Positions 1 through 12,773 of a DNA stretch of 64,000 nucleotides are shown one piece after another. The notes beneath the pieces are model-generated. The model was not told the origin of the DNA. It saw only the letters and a program-made list of their open reading frames with translations, and did no database searches. The DNA lies in assembly GCF_003918875.1 (NCBI RefSeq), contig NW_025767423.1, positions 186,001 to 250,000 on the forward strand, read 5' to 3'. The DNA is from Haliotis rubra. Lineage: Eukaryota. Position 1 is the stretch's first letter; every line of letters starts with the position of its first letter. The translations under genes were made by a program, and so were the position numbers.

Positions 1-915
1 AAGGGAGCGTAACGCAGCAATGCTGCCTGGGTTTCCAGGGCAGGTTTAGCCCCCGGCAACATGCAGGTCTCAGGAGGTGCCATGGAGGGAACACACAGTT
101 TCTGGGCCATGGTTTGACTTCAAGTCATTGAAAACAATTCACAATGACCCTCGCTACTCTCCCCTGCTTGCTTCTGCATGACTTGCACTATATCTAGACT
201 CTTGGAAATATTACACTGTGGTATATCACTTCTTATTTTCAGAAACCTCACAGTATCTTAGTTTTATAAGTCTATTTTTATACCCGACATCAGCCTGGGT
301 ATCACAGCTTATCACACACTGTTCTCTTCTTGTGACATGGCTGGGAGATAAGGGGCCCCTGTGTATCTTAAGGAATGTAGGTAGGTAGGTTGGTAGCTAG
401 GTAGGTAAGGCTTTCGGATGACCTTGGCCCTGTGTGAATCTTAACGTGTTGTGAGGAGTTACTTCCCTTAGTTGGCTTCTGTAGATCCCAGAATGTTCTT
501 GGTGTGTTAGCGCCACCTGTCTCCACGGTTGTCATCTAATGGTACGTGCCTGCAAGTGTGTCACTGTCAGCAGTTGACAGCTGTTCCAGCAGGGTAGAAT
601 GTAACCCTGTTACTTACCTGTGTGGTATTCACCTACGTCACTCAAGTCATTAGCAACAGTAACAGCTCCAGTGTTTCTGATCTGAACATGGCCATTTCTC
701 CAGCAAGATAACCAACATTTCTGGGTATCTCAAGACCCGAAGACAACAGGGTCTGAGCCTCGATCTGACCCCGCAGCTGATTTTGATTACCCGTGAAAGG
801 TGTTCGATGGCCAGTTTCAGATGAATCAATTCATGATCTTCAAAATTAGCCATGCTAGTTACATAGAGATATTTGAGTGCCCACCACTGGCAGAGTTTTC
901 CATTGATGCTATGCC

Positions 916-1100
916 TGTTTTGAACGAACCAAGTCCCTGTCTCTGTGACCAGATCGGACATCTTTCGGTGTTCTGGTATCATGGTTTCTGTAACTGCATG
1001 TGTTTTGAACGAACCAAGATGTCTACAGTCCCCGTCTCTGTGACCAGATCGGACATCTTTCGGTGTACTGGTATCATGGTTTCTGTAACTGCATGTGTTT
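916..1100. repeat. Two-copy direct repeat of ~90 bp
   Basis: tgttttgaacgaaccaag...tctctgtgaccagatcggacatctttcggtg..ctggtatcatggtttctgtaactgcatgtgtttt occurs twice in tandem. Confidence 0.85.
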
Positions 1101-1580
1101 TCACTTCGGTTTGCCGAGCTGCACATTTTTCTGTTTTAGTTTAGTATGTTTGATTTATAAAAGTGAATTTACATGTTAATTTTTCTAAAAAGTATGAATA
1201 TTACTCAAGGGTGATTTCCATTATTATTAATATTATTAATATTATTATTATTATTATTATCAGGGATTCATCCCCCACATGACACAGGTACACTGCCAGT
1301 GGTGTCTTGGAAGTAGATACTGGAAGTAGACACATGGTACTAGTTCACTAATTCATAGATACTGGAGGTAGTTTTCCAGCTGTCAGGTCCAGCTGTCTAC
1401 TCTGTGCCTTGTTCAACATACAGGGAACTGACACACTCCGGGACTGTTATTCCCTATAACAATAGTCATGATTGGCATTCTGTGTCATATCCTCTGGCCT
1501 CAAAAGAACCTTCAGGGCAGTTTGGTCTGATATAGAAACTAGGTCAGCTCTGTCTCACTGGGACCACCTCTTTCTCACTG

Positions 1581-1903
1581 GGACCACCTCTGTGGTGTAG
1601 TGGTTAGAAAGTCCACCCAGGCAGCGGAAGGTTACAGGTTCGATCCCCGACCGCGTCATACCAAAAGAAGTTAAAATTGGTACTTGTTGGTCCCTGCCTA
1701 GCACTCGGTACAACAAGGACTGGTCGGCTCGGAGTCAATATAATGTGTCTGAGTGAGGTATTCTTGCTTCACTGTGGCATGGTATCTCAGTGGGCTAGCA
1801 CTATAAAACCAGCTGAAGTCTGGGCCAGTACAAGCAGCCACACATTCACACGCATGCACGTCGTGATATGAGTAAAATATTCTTAAGTGGGACGTTAAAC
1901 CCC
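1581..1903 (+). mobile_element. tRNA-derived SINE (family 1; Meta-SINE-like core)
   Basis: A box tggtgtagtgg and B box ggttcgatccc, then core gtcataccaaaagaagttaaaattggtact..gactggtcggctcggagtca; 3' tail similar to the other SINEs in the window. Family label is from memory. Confidence 0.75.
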
Positions 1904-2586
1904 GACTGTCAGACTGGAGCCCCACAGTGTCTTGCATTGCCATCACTCCAGTGTCAGTCCACTCCTTGAACAATCATACCTCACTGAGTTTATTTCAAAT
2001 TTATGAACATAAAGATTAAGTTGCTGAATGATATCAGCATGTTTATAAATTCTCTAAGCCAACTGTCCTATAAAGGAAAACAATAGGAACACAATATCAT
2101 CATAGTTGGCCAAAAACATATCAGATATATTGGCCAAGGACCAGTGTCACTGAGCAGATGTTTGATTTGGCCGCGATCTGATCTGGGTGTCCACTTCAGG
2201 TGTGGACATAGTAAATGTGTTACTGTGTGAGTGAGGGGTATTATGATTATTATCAGCTGTTAGTATTGGTATTGTACAGACATCAGCTGGGACTGCCAGT
2301 TGTCTGGGTGAAATGCCAGGAACATTCACAGAACGTTGTGAGCTTCAAGCTGAACTGTAAACATATGGAAATGGATTATACTTAATTATTTAATTCACCT
2401 GAACACCTGTTCTTATTTTACGCCTATTCTGTTAATTTTCTCTTTTATTTTATGTCTTTTTTATGGTGTTAGTTTGTTTCCGTATATTTCTTACACAAAC
2501 ATTGACACTACCTATTGCCATGGTTACCGGTGCCCGATGAGCCTGTATTTCTGTACAGCAGTACACGTTGGTCCTTCTACTTGCAG

Positions 2587-2654
2587 CATGTACTGGGAGT
2601 TTGCCATGACCATCTTCGTTGACGAGATTGTCTACATCCACTGCCACCAACAAC
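2587..2654 (+). CDS. SGSM1: SGSM1/2-like Rab-GAP, first coding exon seen in window (..MYWEFAMTIFVDEIVYIHCHQQ)
   Basis: ttgcag acceptor, gtaagt donor; matches SGSM YWDYAxxI..EIVxxHCHQQ motif; upstream (RUN-domain) exons not found in window. Confidence 0.9.
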
Positions 2655-2667
2655 GTAAGTTAGACTT

Positions 2668-2725
2668 CATTCATTCATTCATTCATTCATTCATTCATTC
2701 ATTCATTCATTCATTCATTCATTCA
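2668..2725. repeat. (CATT)n microsatellite
   Basis: about 14 perfect CATT units starting 13 bp after the exon donor. Confidence 0.95.
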
Positions 2726-2912
2726 ATTGATTTACACGTGTCAGAGAATCATGGTCAGTTTCCCAACAGCTTGACTGATTGTAGAAAGATTTGGAAAACA
2801 TAGACACATAAAGATAATAAATATGTGGAAATGATTTGAATCAATAGATTACAATCTAAAGATATGATGGTAAGTTGCTTCATTTAATTGTAAGATACTG
2901 CCACAGATTAAC

Positions 2913-3330
2913 AATAATAATAATAATGGATATTTTTAGCGCGCCATTTTCCACCCACTGATTCATGCTCAAGGCCCTACATAAAAGCATACATACAATG
3001 CATACAGAGGATAAAATAGTAAAATAAGTATACATTGAAATTGATGACAGAAAGATTGATTTTAGGGATAGGCTTTGGAAAAAAAGAAAGTCTTCAACTT
3101 AGTTTTGAAAGTTTCCAATGTGGGAGACTGCTTTATGTGAAGAGGGAGAGAATTCCACAGAGTAGGACCAGCATACTGTAAATAGGATTCCAGAATTAGA
3201 ATTCTTAACTACAGCCTCTAGCAGGTCTTTGCTCTTGCATTCAATCCAGACTGTTGGCAGGTGTGGGGGAAATAGCAGGAACATAGGGGACATTGGTAAA
3301 CGACAATAACGACATGATATTGCTTCTCAC
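2913..3330 (-). mobile_element. 3' end of an L2/CR1-group LINE (5'-truncated)
   Basis: minus strand reads YAGPTLWNSLPLHIKQSPTLETFKTKLKTFFF*, typical of the ORF2 C-terminus, followed by a (TTA)n tail at ~2913-2926. Confidence 0.75.
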
Positions 3331-3399
3331 CAACACCCTGCCGCTGACAAGGATTGGTTTAGAACATTCACTGATACCCTCAGCTTCATGTTTCTGCAG

Positions 3400-3564
3400 C
3401 CGACTGTGGAGGTACGATTGTCCTGGTGGGGCAAGACGGGGTGCAGCGCCCTCCAATCCACTTCCCCAAGGGGGGGCACCTGCTGGCCTTCCTGTCCTGC
3501 CTGGAGACCGGGCTTCTCCCCCATGGGCAGCTGGACCCCCCTCTCTGGTCTCAGAGGGGGAAAG
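3400..3564 (+). CDS. SGSM1: SGSM-like exon ([56 protein letters not shown])
   Basis: ctgcag acceptor, gtaatc donor, phase 1-1; near-identical to the vertebrate SGSM Rab-binding region. Confidence 0.95.
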
Positions 3565-3778
3565 GTAATCACCAAGTTTGTGATCAAAACATTCCTCACC
3601 TATATCATGGGGATGGAATTTGAGAGCTTGTTAGGCGGTATGTGTCGTTGCAGTTATATTAGCTATCAGTTAGTAACCTTTTGTTCATGAATGTTCCAAA
3701 ATGATACTTAGATGAGCAGCATTGGGACAACTAGAGGTTAAAACGTTTGATTATGTATGACATGTTGAATGTGTGATA

Positions 3779-5200
3779 AAAGTGTTACATATGTTGGATA
3801 TGTGATAAATGTTACATATTCTGATGTGTGATAAATGTGTTAATGCACTGGATGTGTGATAAATGTGTTAATGCACTGGATGTGTGATAAATGTGTTAAT
3901 GCACTGGATGTGTGATAAATGTTACATATTCTGATGTGTGATAAATGTGTTAATGCACTGGATGTGTGATAAATGTGTTAATACACTGGATGTGTGATAA
4001 ATGTGTTAATGCACTGGATGTGTGATAAATGTTACATATTCTGATGTGTGATAAATGTGTTAATGCACTGGATGTGTGATAAATGTGTTAATGCACTGGA
4101 TGTGTGATAAATGTTACATATTCTGATGTGTGATAAATGTGTTAATGCACTGGATGTGTGATAAATGTGTTAATGCACTGGATGTGTGATAAATGTTACA
4201 TATTCTGATGTGTGATAAATGTGTTAATGCACTGGATGTGTGATAAATGTGTTAATACACTGGATGTGTGATAAATGTGTTAATGCACTGGATGTGTGAT
4301 AAATGTTACATATTCTGATGTGTGATAAATGTGTTAATGCACTGGATGTGTGATAAATGTGTTAATGCACTGGATGTGTGATAAATGTTACATATTCTGA
4401 TGTGTGATAAATGTGTTAATGCACTGGATGTGTGATAAATGTGTTAATGCACTGATTATGTGTGATAAATGTGTTAATGCACTGGATGTGTGATAAATGT
4501 TACATATTCTGATGTGTGATAAATGTGTTAATGCACTGGATGTGTGATAAATGTGTTAATGCACTGGATGTGTGATAAATGTGTTAATGCACTGGATGTG
4601 TGATAAATGTGTTAATGCACTGGATGTGTGATAAATGTTACATATTCTGATGTGTGATAAATGTGTTAATGCACTGGATGTGTGATAAATGTGTTAATGC
4701 ACTGGATGTGTGATAAATGTTACATATTCTGATGTGTGATAAATGTGTTAATGCACTGGATGTGTGATAAATGTGTTAATGCACTGGATGTGTGATAAAT
4801 GTTACATATTGTTAATGCACTGGATGTGTGATAAATGTGTTAATGCACTGGATGTGTGATAAATGTGTTAATACACTGGATGTGTGATAAATGTGTTAAT
4901 GCACTGGATGTGTGATAAATGTTACATATTCTGATGTGTGATAAATGTGTTAATGCACTGGATGTGTGATAAATGTGTTAATGCACTGGATGTGTGATAA
5001 ATGTTACATATTCTGATGTGTGATAAATGTGTTAATGCACTGGATGTGTGATAAATGTGTTAATGCACTGGATGTGTGATAAATGTGTTAATGCACTGGA
5101 TGTGTGATAAATGTTACATATTCTGATGTGTGATAAATGTGTTAATGCACTGGATGTGTGATAAATGTGTTAATGCATTGGATGTGTTACATATACTGGA
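3779..5200. repeat. Minisatellite of interleaved 28-bp and 26-bp units
   Basis: gatgtgtgataaatgtgttaatgcactg and gatgtgtgataaatgttacatattct, about 50 units. Confidence 0.95.
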
Positions 5201-5278
5201 TGTATGCAATAAATGTGAATCTTTGAGCTAATCGGAACTCTACTCAAACTTACAATTTTGCAGTTTCTTTCCCAACAG

Positions 5279-5434
5279 GCAAAGTGTTCCCCAAATTGAA
5301 GCGTAAGGGCAGTCGCCTGTCGAGCGGCAGCAGTCACGGCAGCCAAGGCAGCACCAGCAGCTCCAGCGCAGATGAGGACGAGGCAACTGACTACGTCTTC
5401 AGGATCATTGCTTCCTTCAAGCCTGATCTGATCA
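5279..5434 (+). CDS. SGSM1: SGSM-like exon (GKVFPKLKRKGS...DEDEATDYVFRIIASFKPDLI)
   Basis: caacag acceptor, gtaagt donor; KVFPKL and ATDYVFRII are SGSM motifs. Confidence 0.95.
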
Positions 5435-5617
5435 GTAAGTAGGACCGGGGGTTGTTGCCACCAGCCTGTTGAGGGATGTAAGAGTCTGAAGTATTCAGTA
5501 TTTATTACAAACAGCACAGATTCTGGTTGTTTTGTTTGTTTGAGCTTTTGTTACCCAAATGATGAAATTGTGACATGACCAATCAGATGGTTAGATTATA
5601 TATCGATGATACTTTTC

Positions 5618-5828
5618 CTTATCCTGACTCATGCTATATTGCTTATCTCCCTTTCCGTTTCGAGTGATGAGCGCATGGCTCAGGTCACGTGAGAGGCTTT
5701 TGGCGGGAAAGTAGGGCTCCCCATGGCTGAGTGAATTTTGACTATTCTTGGGAACAAAGAGATTCAAGTTTCCAGATAACCATTGAAAGGGAAAGGGAGA
5801 TAAGCAATATAGCATCAGTAGGGATAAG
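5618..5828. mobile_element. MITE-like element with ~45-bp terminal inverted repeats
   Basis: cttatcctgactcatgctatattgcttatctccctttcc is inverted as ggaaagggagataagcaatatagcatcagtagggataag. Confidence 0.75.
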
Positions 5829-5874
5829 TATGAAATGTCAATTTTATCATAAAAATTACATTATTTTCTACCAG

Positions 5875-6043
5875 CTGCTGAAATGATGGACCCGAAAGCC
5901 AAACCCACAGGTGAACGTTCCCCGTGGCCGGTGCGTCGCCACCTTCCCCCCAGCCCACTAGCACAGTCCTCCGTGCAGTCGTACGCCCGAGCCCAGGAAG
6001 TGCAGAACAACACGTGTCTGACCCAGTCCCAGGCCAATCACAG
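5875..6043 (+). CDS. SGSM1: SGSM-like linker exon (TAEMMDPKAKP...SQANHR)
   Basis: ctaccag acceptor, gtacct donor; phase 1 in and phase 2 out fit both neighbouring exons; low-conservation region. Confidence 0.75.
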
Positions 6044-6109
6044 GTACCTGTACGTGTACGTCCACACGTAGCGGCATGCCAACCTGCAGAACACCACCAT
6101 ACTGCCGTA

Positions 6110-7810
6110 TCTAGTGCCCTGTTCGAAAACTTCTCACAGTGCCGTGCTAACCCATTCACCGATCTCTTGTACCAATAGCTAGTGCCCTGTTCGAAAACTT
6201 CTCACAGTGCCATGTTAACCCATTCACCGATCTCTCGTACCAATGGCTAGTGCCCTGTTCTAAAACTTCTCACAGTGCCGTGCTAACCCGTTCACCGATC
6301 TCTCGTACCAATGGCTAGTGCCCTGTTCTAAAACTTCTCACAGTGCCGTGCTAACCCATTCACCGATCTCTCGTACCAATGGCTAGTGCCCTGTTCTAAA
6401 ACTTCTCACAGTGCCATGCTCACCCGTTCACCGATCTCTCGTACCAATAGCTAGTGCCCTGTTCTAAAACTTCTCACAGTGCCGTGCTAACCCGTTCATT
6501 GATCTCTCGTACCAATAGCTAGTGCCCTGTTCTAAAACTTCTCACAGTGCTGTGCTAACCCGTTCACCGATCTCTCGTACCAATGGCTAGTGCCCTGTTC
6601 TAAAACTTCTCACAGTGCCGTGCTAACCCATTCACCGATCTCTCGTACCAATGGCTAGTGCCCTGTTCTAAAACTTCTCACAGTGCCGTGCTAACCCATT
6701 CACCGATCTCTCGTACCAATGGCTAGTGCCCTGTTCTAAAACTTCTCACAGTGCCATGCTAACCCATTCACCGATCTCTCGTACCAATAGCTAGTGCCCT
6801 GTTCTAAAACTTCTCACAGTGCCGTGCTAACCCATTCACCGATCTCTCGTACCAATAGCTAGTGCCCTGTTCTAAAACTTCTCACAGTGCCATGCTCACC
6901 CGTTCACCGATCTCTCGTACCAATGGCTAGTGCCCTGTTCTAAAACTTCTCACAGTGCCATGCTCACCCATTCACCGATCTCTCGTACCAATGGCTAGTG
7001 CCCTGTTCTAAAACTTCTCACAGTGCCATGCTCACCCGTTCACCGATCTCTCGTACCAATGGCTAGTGCCCTGTTCTAAAACTTCTCACAGTGCCGTGCT
7101 AACCCATTCACCGATCTCTCGTACCAATAGCTAGTGCCCTGTTCTAAAACTTCTCACAGTGCCGTGCTAACCCGTTCATTGATCTCTCGTACCAATGGCT
7201 AGTGCCCTGTTCTAAAACTTCTCACAGTGCCGTGCTAACCCATTCACCGATCTCTCGTACCAATGGCTAGTGCCCTGTTCTAAAACTTCTCACAGTGCCG
7301 TGCTAACCCATTCACCCGATCTCGTTACCAATAGCTAGTGCCCTGTTCTAAAACTTCTCACAGTGCCATGCTCACCCATTCACCCGATCTCTCGTACCAA
7401 TAGCTAGTGCCCTGTTCTAAAACTTCTCACAGTGCCATGCTAACCCGTTCATTGATCTCTCTCGTACCAATGGCTGAGTGCCCTGTTCTAAAACTTCTCA
7501 CAGTGCCATGCTAACCCGTTCATTGATCTCTCGTACCAATAGCTAGTGCCCTGTTCTAAAACTTCTCACAGTGCCATGCTAACCCATTCACCGATCTCTC
7601 GTACCAATAGCTAGTGCCCTGTTCTAAAACTTCTCACAGTGCCGTGCTAACCCATTCACCGATCTCTCGTACCAATGGCTAGTGCCCTGTTCTAAAACTT
7701 CTCACAGTGCCATGCTAACCCGTTCATTGATCTCTCGTACCAATAGCTAGTGCCCTGTTCTAAAACTTCTCACGGTGTCATGCTAATCCCTTCACTGATC
7801 TCTCGTACCA
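6110..7810. repeat. 68-bp minisatellite, ~25 copies
   Basis: ctagtgccctgttctaaaacttctcacagtgccgtgctaacccattcaccgatctctcgtaccaatgg repeated. Confidence 0.95.
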
Positions 7811-9925
7811 AAATCGCTTTCTGTTGCCACACGATTTGTCAAGTCTTACTAAGCTACTTGAGACAAAAGATTGATCACACTGAGGTAGCTAGTCCTGTAC
7901 AGATCATGCTACAAGTATTCAGGGTGACTGAAGAAACCAAATGTTTCTTTTACAAGTAACATAATCGTTTACTGTGGGTTTCCACTACTGTTGTAGGTGA
8001 TATATAAATCATGCATTTGTATTTCAAGCAATCACAAGATGGTGTGGTCTGGATTGGTGATATCGAGAAATTATTTATGCTCCTCAAAAGGAGTGAAAGA
8101 ACACTAGTATTTTAAGTTATATTCTTGGTCAAAAGTCGAAAATTTGTCAAATTTCCAAATTTGGTGAAAATTCTCAAATCTAAATTTTGACACCCCAAAT
8201 CAGCTAGTTGTGGGTTGATCGGTGTTTGTTTGAAAGGCGTACGGTGTTACTGTAAGTTGGCATGCATGTAGTGTCACTGTATTGTCAACATTTAGTTTTG
8301 TTATGATTTACATGTTGTCATGCCAATGCTGGAATAGATGAAAGAGATTGACATCTGTATTATTTATGAAATTTATTTACCAAGGCATTACCATTGTATG
8401 ATATATCTTTACACTTGTAGTGCTAGTTCATGAATTCTTTGGCCCCAATAGGTTTGTCTGAAATAGTTTTGTAATCAGCCCCATGACTCAACTCAAACTT
8501 TGCTGGAATAATCCTGCCAGTGATCTCTTGTCCAATACATTCAGTTCCTCTCCATCCATGATAAATTTTAGTTTCCATAGCAACCAGTTGGAAACAGTTG
8601 TCATTGGTCCTCCATTGACAACAGGTTTAGACAACCATTCTCAGTACTTCTGTTTTGGACTGAGATGACTTTCTAAATGACTTTTTAAATAAGCCGAAAA
8701 CCCAGCCAGACATCTGTGCTGGTAACTTCAAAAACTTACCAGCCCAGAAGAGATTTAACCAGGCCTTCTAAAATACTAGTGGACATGTTACCTTAATATT
8801 TTTTTTCATCCGTCCATCAGGCTGGCTTGGTGTAAAATTAGACCGTCCAGCAGAAATCTAGCCCGTCGCGGGCAGTCGGACGGGCCTTATTTCATACACT
8901 GATTTATGAATAATTTGGTGAAACTACTTTCTGTTTATCATGTTTATTTGTCATATTATGAGTAGAACAGGTCTCTGTTAGCTATCTGTATAGAATGACA
9001 TGAATCGCAAAGTCCTTTCGCGTCTATTTGGGAAGTTTTAGTGATATTCGCTACAGAATACGGCCATCAGACAGCCTTCGATAGTTTTGTTTCACCAACA
9101 AGTTCCTTGTCTAGATTAGACTGCACCAGATGGGATGGAGCAACCTCACTATAGCCACAGATTGTCTGCCCTGCGTATGACCATTATGTCATTTCTTTCC
9201 CTGAACTGACTGTTTTTTGCTGTATTTAAAATTTATTTCATTGTAGTAAAAAATTGTGTTATTCAATGCATGGAATTGTTTTCCTCACATATATTTTGTG
9301 ATATTTTTTTGTGAAAATGTGTCTTTTTGGCTGTAAAGATATTTAATGTTTCATTGTTATTTTTTAGAAACTGGGAAACAAGGTAAGGTCCTCGTTATAA
9401 GAAACTGTGTGTTGTATACTGACCTTGCTCTATACTGAGGATGCACTCTCTCAAACCGCATGACCTTTCCATTATATCTGCAAGGGAGAGAACTCATCTC
9501 ATTTCCCACCGTATTGTCCACCCTTTCAAGTTTTTTACCTGTCATCCAAATCTGTTTCAAGTGAACTTTGACATTTTTTACATAAAAAGTTCATTATTTT
9601 TTTCAACTTATTCGTATTTATGCGTCATTATGCTTTACATTAAATAGTGTCAATGTTGTAGCTTTGTTCCTTTCTTCCCATATACGACCAATCTTTGTTG
9701 TAAGTATTGTCTTGTACAATCTTCCTTCCGTTTATCAGGATCAGAATTACTAATAATTACTGAAAAGTGCTTCAGATTACTAAGGAATCCTTTGAAACAA
9801 AATTGACTCTAATTTTTACCAGGCCCCTATATTTCCCATCACTGTCAAGAGTTGCATCCCTTTGTTTTGACCGGATCTGCTGGTTATAGGTTCCAAATTC
9901 AGGCTAACAAAGATAATGATACTTA

Positions 9926-10197
9926 GGGACCGTTAATAATTTATGGTTAGGGGGGATGATGATGATTGTTATGGAGAGGCATGTACAATGTAAATGACAA
10001 CCCCCCCCCCCCCTAATATATATGTACAAAATACGTGACCCCTCTGCATGTCATGTACAACATCAATGACCCCCTCCCTTCCCATAATTTCTAAGCATAA
10101 TTTTAAACATAACTTTATGTACAAAATTGGGTTGTGCCCCACCCCCACCCCTTATAAATCATCAACACCACCCTAGCCATAAATTATGAACGGTCCC
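9926..10197. mobile_element. PIF/Harbinger-type MITE with TTA target-site duplication
   Basis: tta|gggaccgttaataatttatggttaggg ... ccctagccataaattatgaacggtccc|tta. Confidence 0.8.
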
Positions 10198-10489
10198 TTA
10201 GTGCGGATGTGATACCCTGCTTGTGGCCGTCAACAAGGTGTTCAGTGACTTTGACCCCCATCTGGGATCCTACCACACTGATGTAACTCAGATCCACTGT
10301 TGTCTGTGGTATCTGTGACAGACCATCGATGGCAGTGTACTTACATTCAGTAGTTCTCACAGACCATTATGAGTTGTACTTAATACTTCATTCTAATCCC
10401 TTCAGTTTTACATAAAGAGTCCTTTAGCAATGTTACTCAATATGTTTACATTGTTGCATATACTTGAGTCCTCCATTGTTCCTGGCATC

Positions 10490-10835
10490 ACAAACCTCTT
10501 CTCTACGATTGCTTCTGGATAATTTTGATTTAGTTACAAAAATCTCGATGCCATTGAGATGGCGTCCTTGTAAGGATGAGGTCCATCTCTGTTTCCATTT
10601 CATTTGAGCATGGATGTTACTGACGATGCATAATTCTGCAGGAGAGGGCAATATTATCTCATCCTTTTCTGATCCATCAAAGTCTAATGCAGCTTTTGCC
10701 AATATATCAGCTTTTTCATGTCCAAGTAGTCCAACATGAGCAGGTATCCATGGAAATTCAACATCTAAAAGATCTTTACTTACTTCATTAAAAATGTAGA
10801 GTATAATATTGATGAAGTCTTGTCTTGCTGAGGAG
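10490..10835 (-). mobile_element. Non-LTR retrotransposon RNase H fragment
   Basis: WIPAHVGLLGHEKADILAK matches the LINE RNase H motif WIPxHxGIxGNExAD; downstream W..W..S.QGR.L segment also fits. Confidence 0.8.
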
Positions 10836-11105
10836 AACCCTGTAACAACTGGGACCAAGAAATCGGTCAATGTTGCACATTGTCCCAGACAGTAAAGCCA
10901 AGGTTATAAGAGAAATAACCTACTCAGATTTACGTACTATATTTCCCCTGTCAATAAGTGTTGAAAGCTGCACACAAAAGTTCACAACATACTTCCTTAT
11001 TTCATTTGAAGAGATAATCCATAATTTCTGGTAGCTGCTACAAGTCCGTAAATGAGCAGTTTGTTTTGAGCAATGTGGAGGTGAGTTGTTTGTTGTCTGT
11101 TGCAG

Positions 11106-11170
11106 GGCCCACATCAAGCAGCTATGTGACACGATGAGGAAACAGATCATATCACGAGCATTTTACGGAT
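11106..11170 (+). CDS. SGSM1: SGSM-like exon (RAHIKQLCDTMRKQIISRAFYG)
   Basis: ttgcag acceptor, gtaagt donor; QIxSRAFYGW motif; too short for the ORF track. Confidence 0.95.
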
Positions 11171-11424
11171 GTAAGTACAGTTGAAGTAAGGAGGATACAA
11201 TGTTAGAATATATTCAGCAGTATTTCGCTGACTTGGTTGACACATGTCAGTGTATCCCAGTTCTACTGAAGTAGGGTAGTGTTCAACAGACGTAGGGTTG
11301 AATTGAATTAGGTAAGTATCGAAGTATGTTTGACCTGAAGTCATATTAAACTAATAAGTATTATTGAACTAATGGAGTAGTGTTGAACTATTATACTAAA
11401 GTACACAATGTATCACCTGGTCAG

Positions 11425-11570
11425 GGCTGGCCCATTGCCGCCACCTAAAGACGGTGCGCACCCACTTGTCGGGACTCGTACACAACACCATCGTGGCAGC
11501 AGACGACCCGTGTGATGCCAGCCAGGGACTCACGCCAGAGAAATGGGAGGAGCTGAACGTCGATGGAGTG
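11425..11570 (+). CDS. SGSM1: SGSM-like exon (WLAHCRHLKTVRTHLSGLV...NVDGV)
   Basis: ggtcag acceptor, gtatgt donor; WLAHCRHL.TVRTHLS conserved. Confidence 0.95.
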
Positions 11571-11719
11571 GTATGTTTTCTCACGTCTATAGTTCCTTTC
11601 TGTCATGTCTACCTTGTCCCAGGTACAATGGGTTCAACGTTGAAGGAATATAGGATGACAGTAGGCTCATATTAGGAATGGATGTCATAACAGATAGGTT
11701 TGAATTTCTTGCAATGGTT

Positions 11720-11996
11720 GATGGCTGATTACTATGTCTACTGATGGCTGATTACCATGGCTACTGATGGCTTATAACCATGGCTACTGATGGCTGATTA
11801 CCATGGCTACATGGCTACTGATGCTGTTGATTACCATGGCTACTGATGGCTATAACCATTACCATGGCTACTGATTACCATGGCTGATAACCATGGCTAC
11901 TGATGGCTGATTACCATGGCTACTGATGGCTGGTTACCATGGCTACTGATGGCTGGTTACCATGGTTAATGATGGCTGGTTACCATGGATACTGAT
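11720..11996. repeat. ~23-bp degenerate minisatellite
   Basis: gatggctgattaccatggctact units. Confidence 0.85.
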
Positions 11997-12341
11997 GTTT
12001 GTGTCAGGTTACAATAGGTCTGGACCTTGACATATAAAGTGATGTGAGTGTTGAGGCCAATACTAGCACTTCATAGCATAGATTTCCAGGTTGGTCGTCA
12101 CAAGAGGCAGTGTGTGTTGGGATCTCTGGAATCAGTTTCTTGATTAATCCCATGTTCATGGATTGTACCTCATAATATAAATCACTGAATTGTCTGGTCC
12201 AGATTAGTTTATTTACAAGCAGCTGTCATGCCATGAATATTGGTATAAAATGTATCATGAAGCAGCGAACACACAGTGTTCAATTAGGTGTTGATCTCAC
12301 GCAGTGAAAGAGTTACAGTCTCTGCCGGTCCTGTGTTGCAG

Positions 12342-12410
12342 GTGCAGAATGCAGGAGAGATCTACAGACTCGTGTATTATGGCGGCATATCGCAGGAACT
12401 GAGGAAAGAT
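12342..12410 (+). CDS. SGSM1: SGSM-like exon, start of TBC domain (VQNAGEIYRLVYYGGISQELRKD)
   Basis: ttgcag acceptor, gtgagt donor, phase 0-0; YYGGI..ELRK motif. Confidence 0.95.
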
Positions 12411-12773
12411 GTGAGTATTTGGAAGTCTTGTGTCGCCCATTGTGTTGTCATATCTCAGACTTCTGCGTGTGTTTTTATTCAGTAACCTGGAAAGTACATT
12501 TCATAAATGCTTGTGTGAATGTGTGATTGTTACCCAATCTGACTGTTTGGAAAAGATATCTATGACATAATGTTGTTTTCATTTGCATACATTTTGTATT
12601 GTTAAAACTTGAATTGTGCCTTGAATGTCACTGGTAGCAAAAATGAAACTCAAGTTCAGTTCAGAAGGCTGATTTTTAAGGTGGCCATTAAATAAGGGAG
12701 ATAATTCACCAGCCCTACTCAGTGCATACCACTAGACTGTATTCATCATCAGTGTGCTATTGCCTGATTGCAG

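Noticed and set aside
650-1144. ORFs near the window start, including SGYLKTRRQQGLSLDLTPQL as a possible upstream SGSM exon
   Set aside because: Only vague resemblance to the expected PGYLSLHQ..LKWTPNQL; no convincing splice sites
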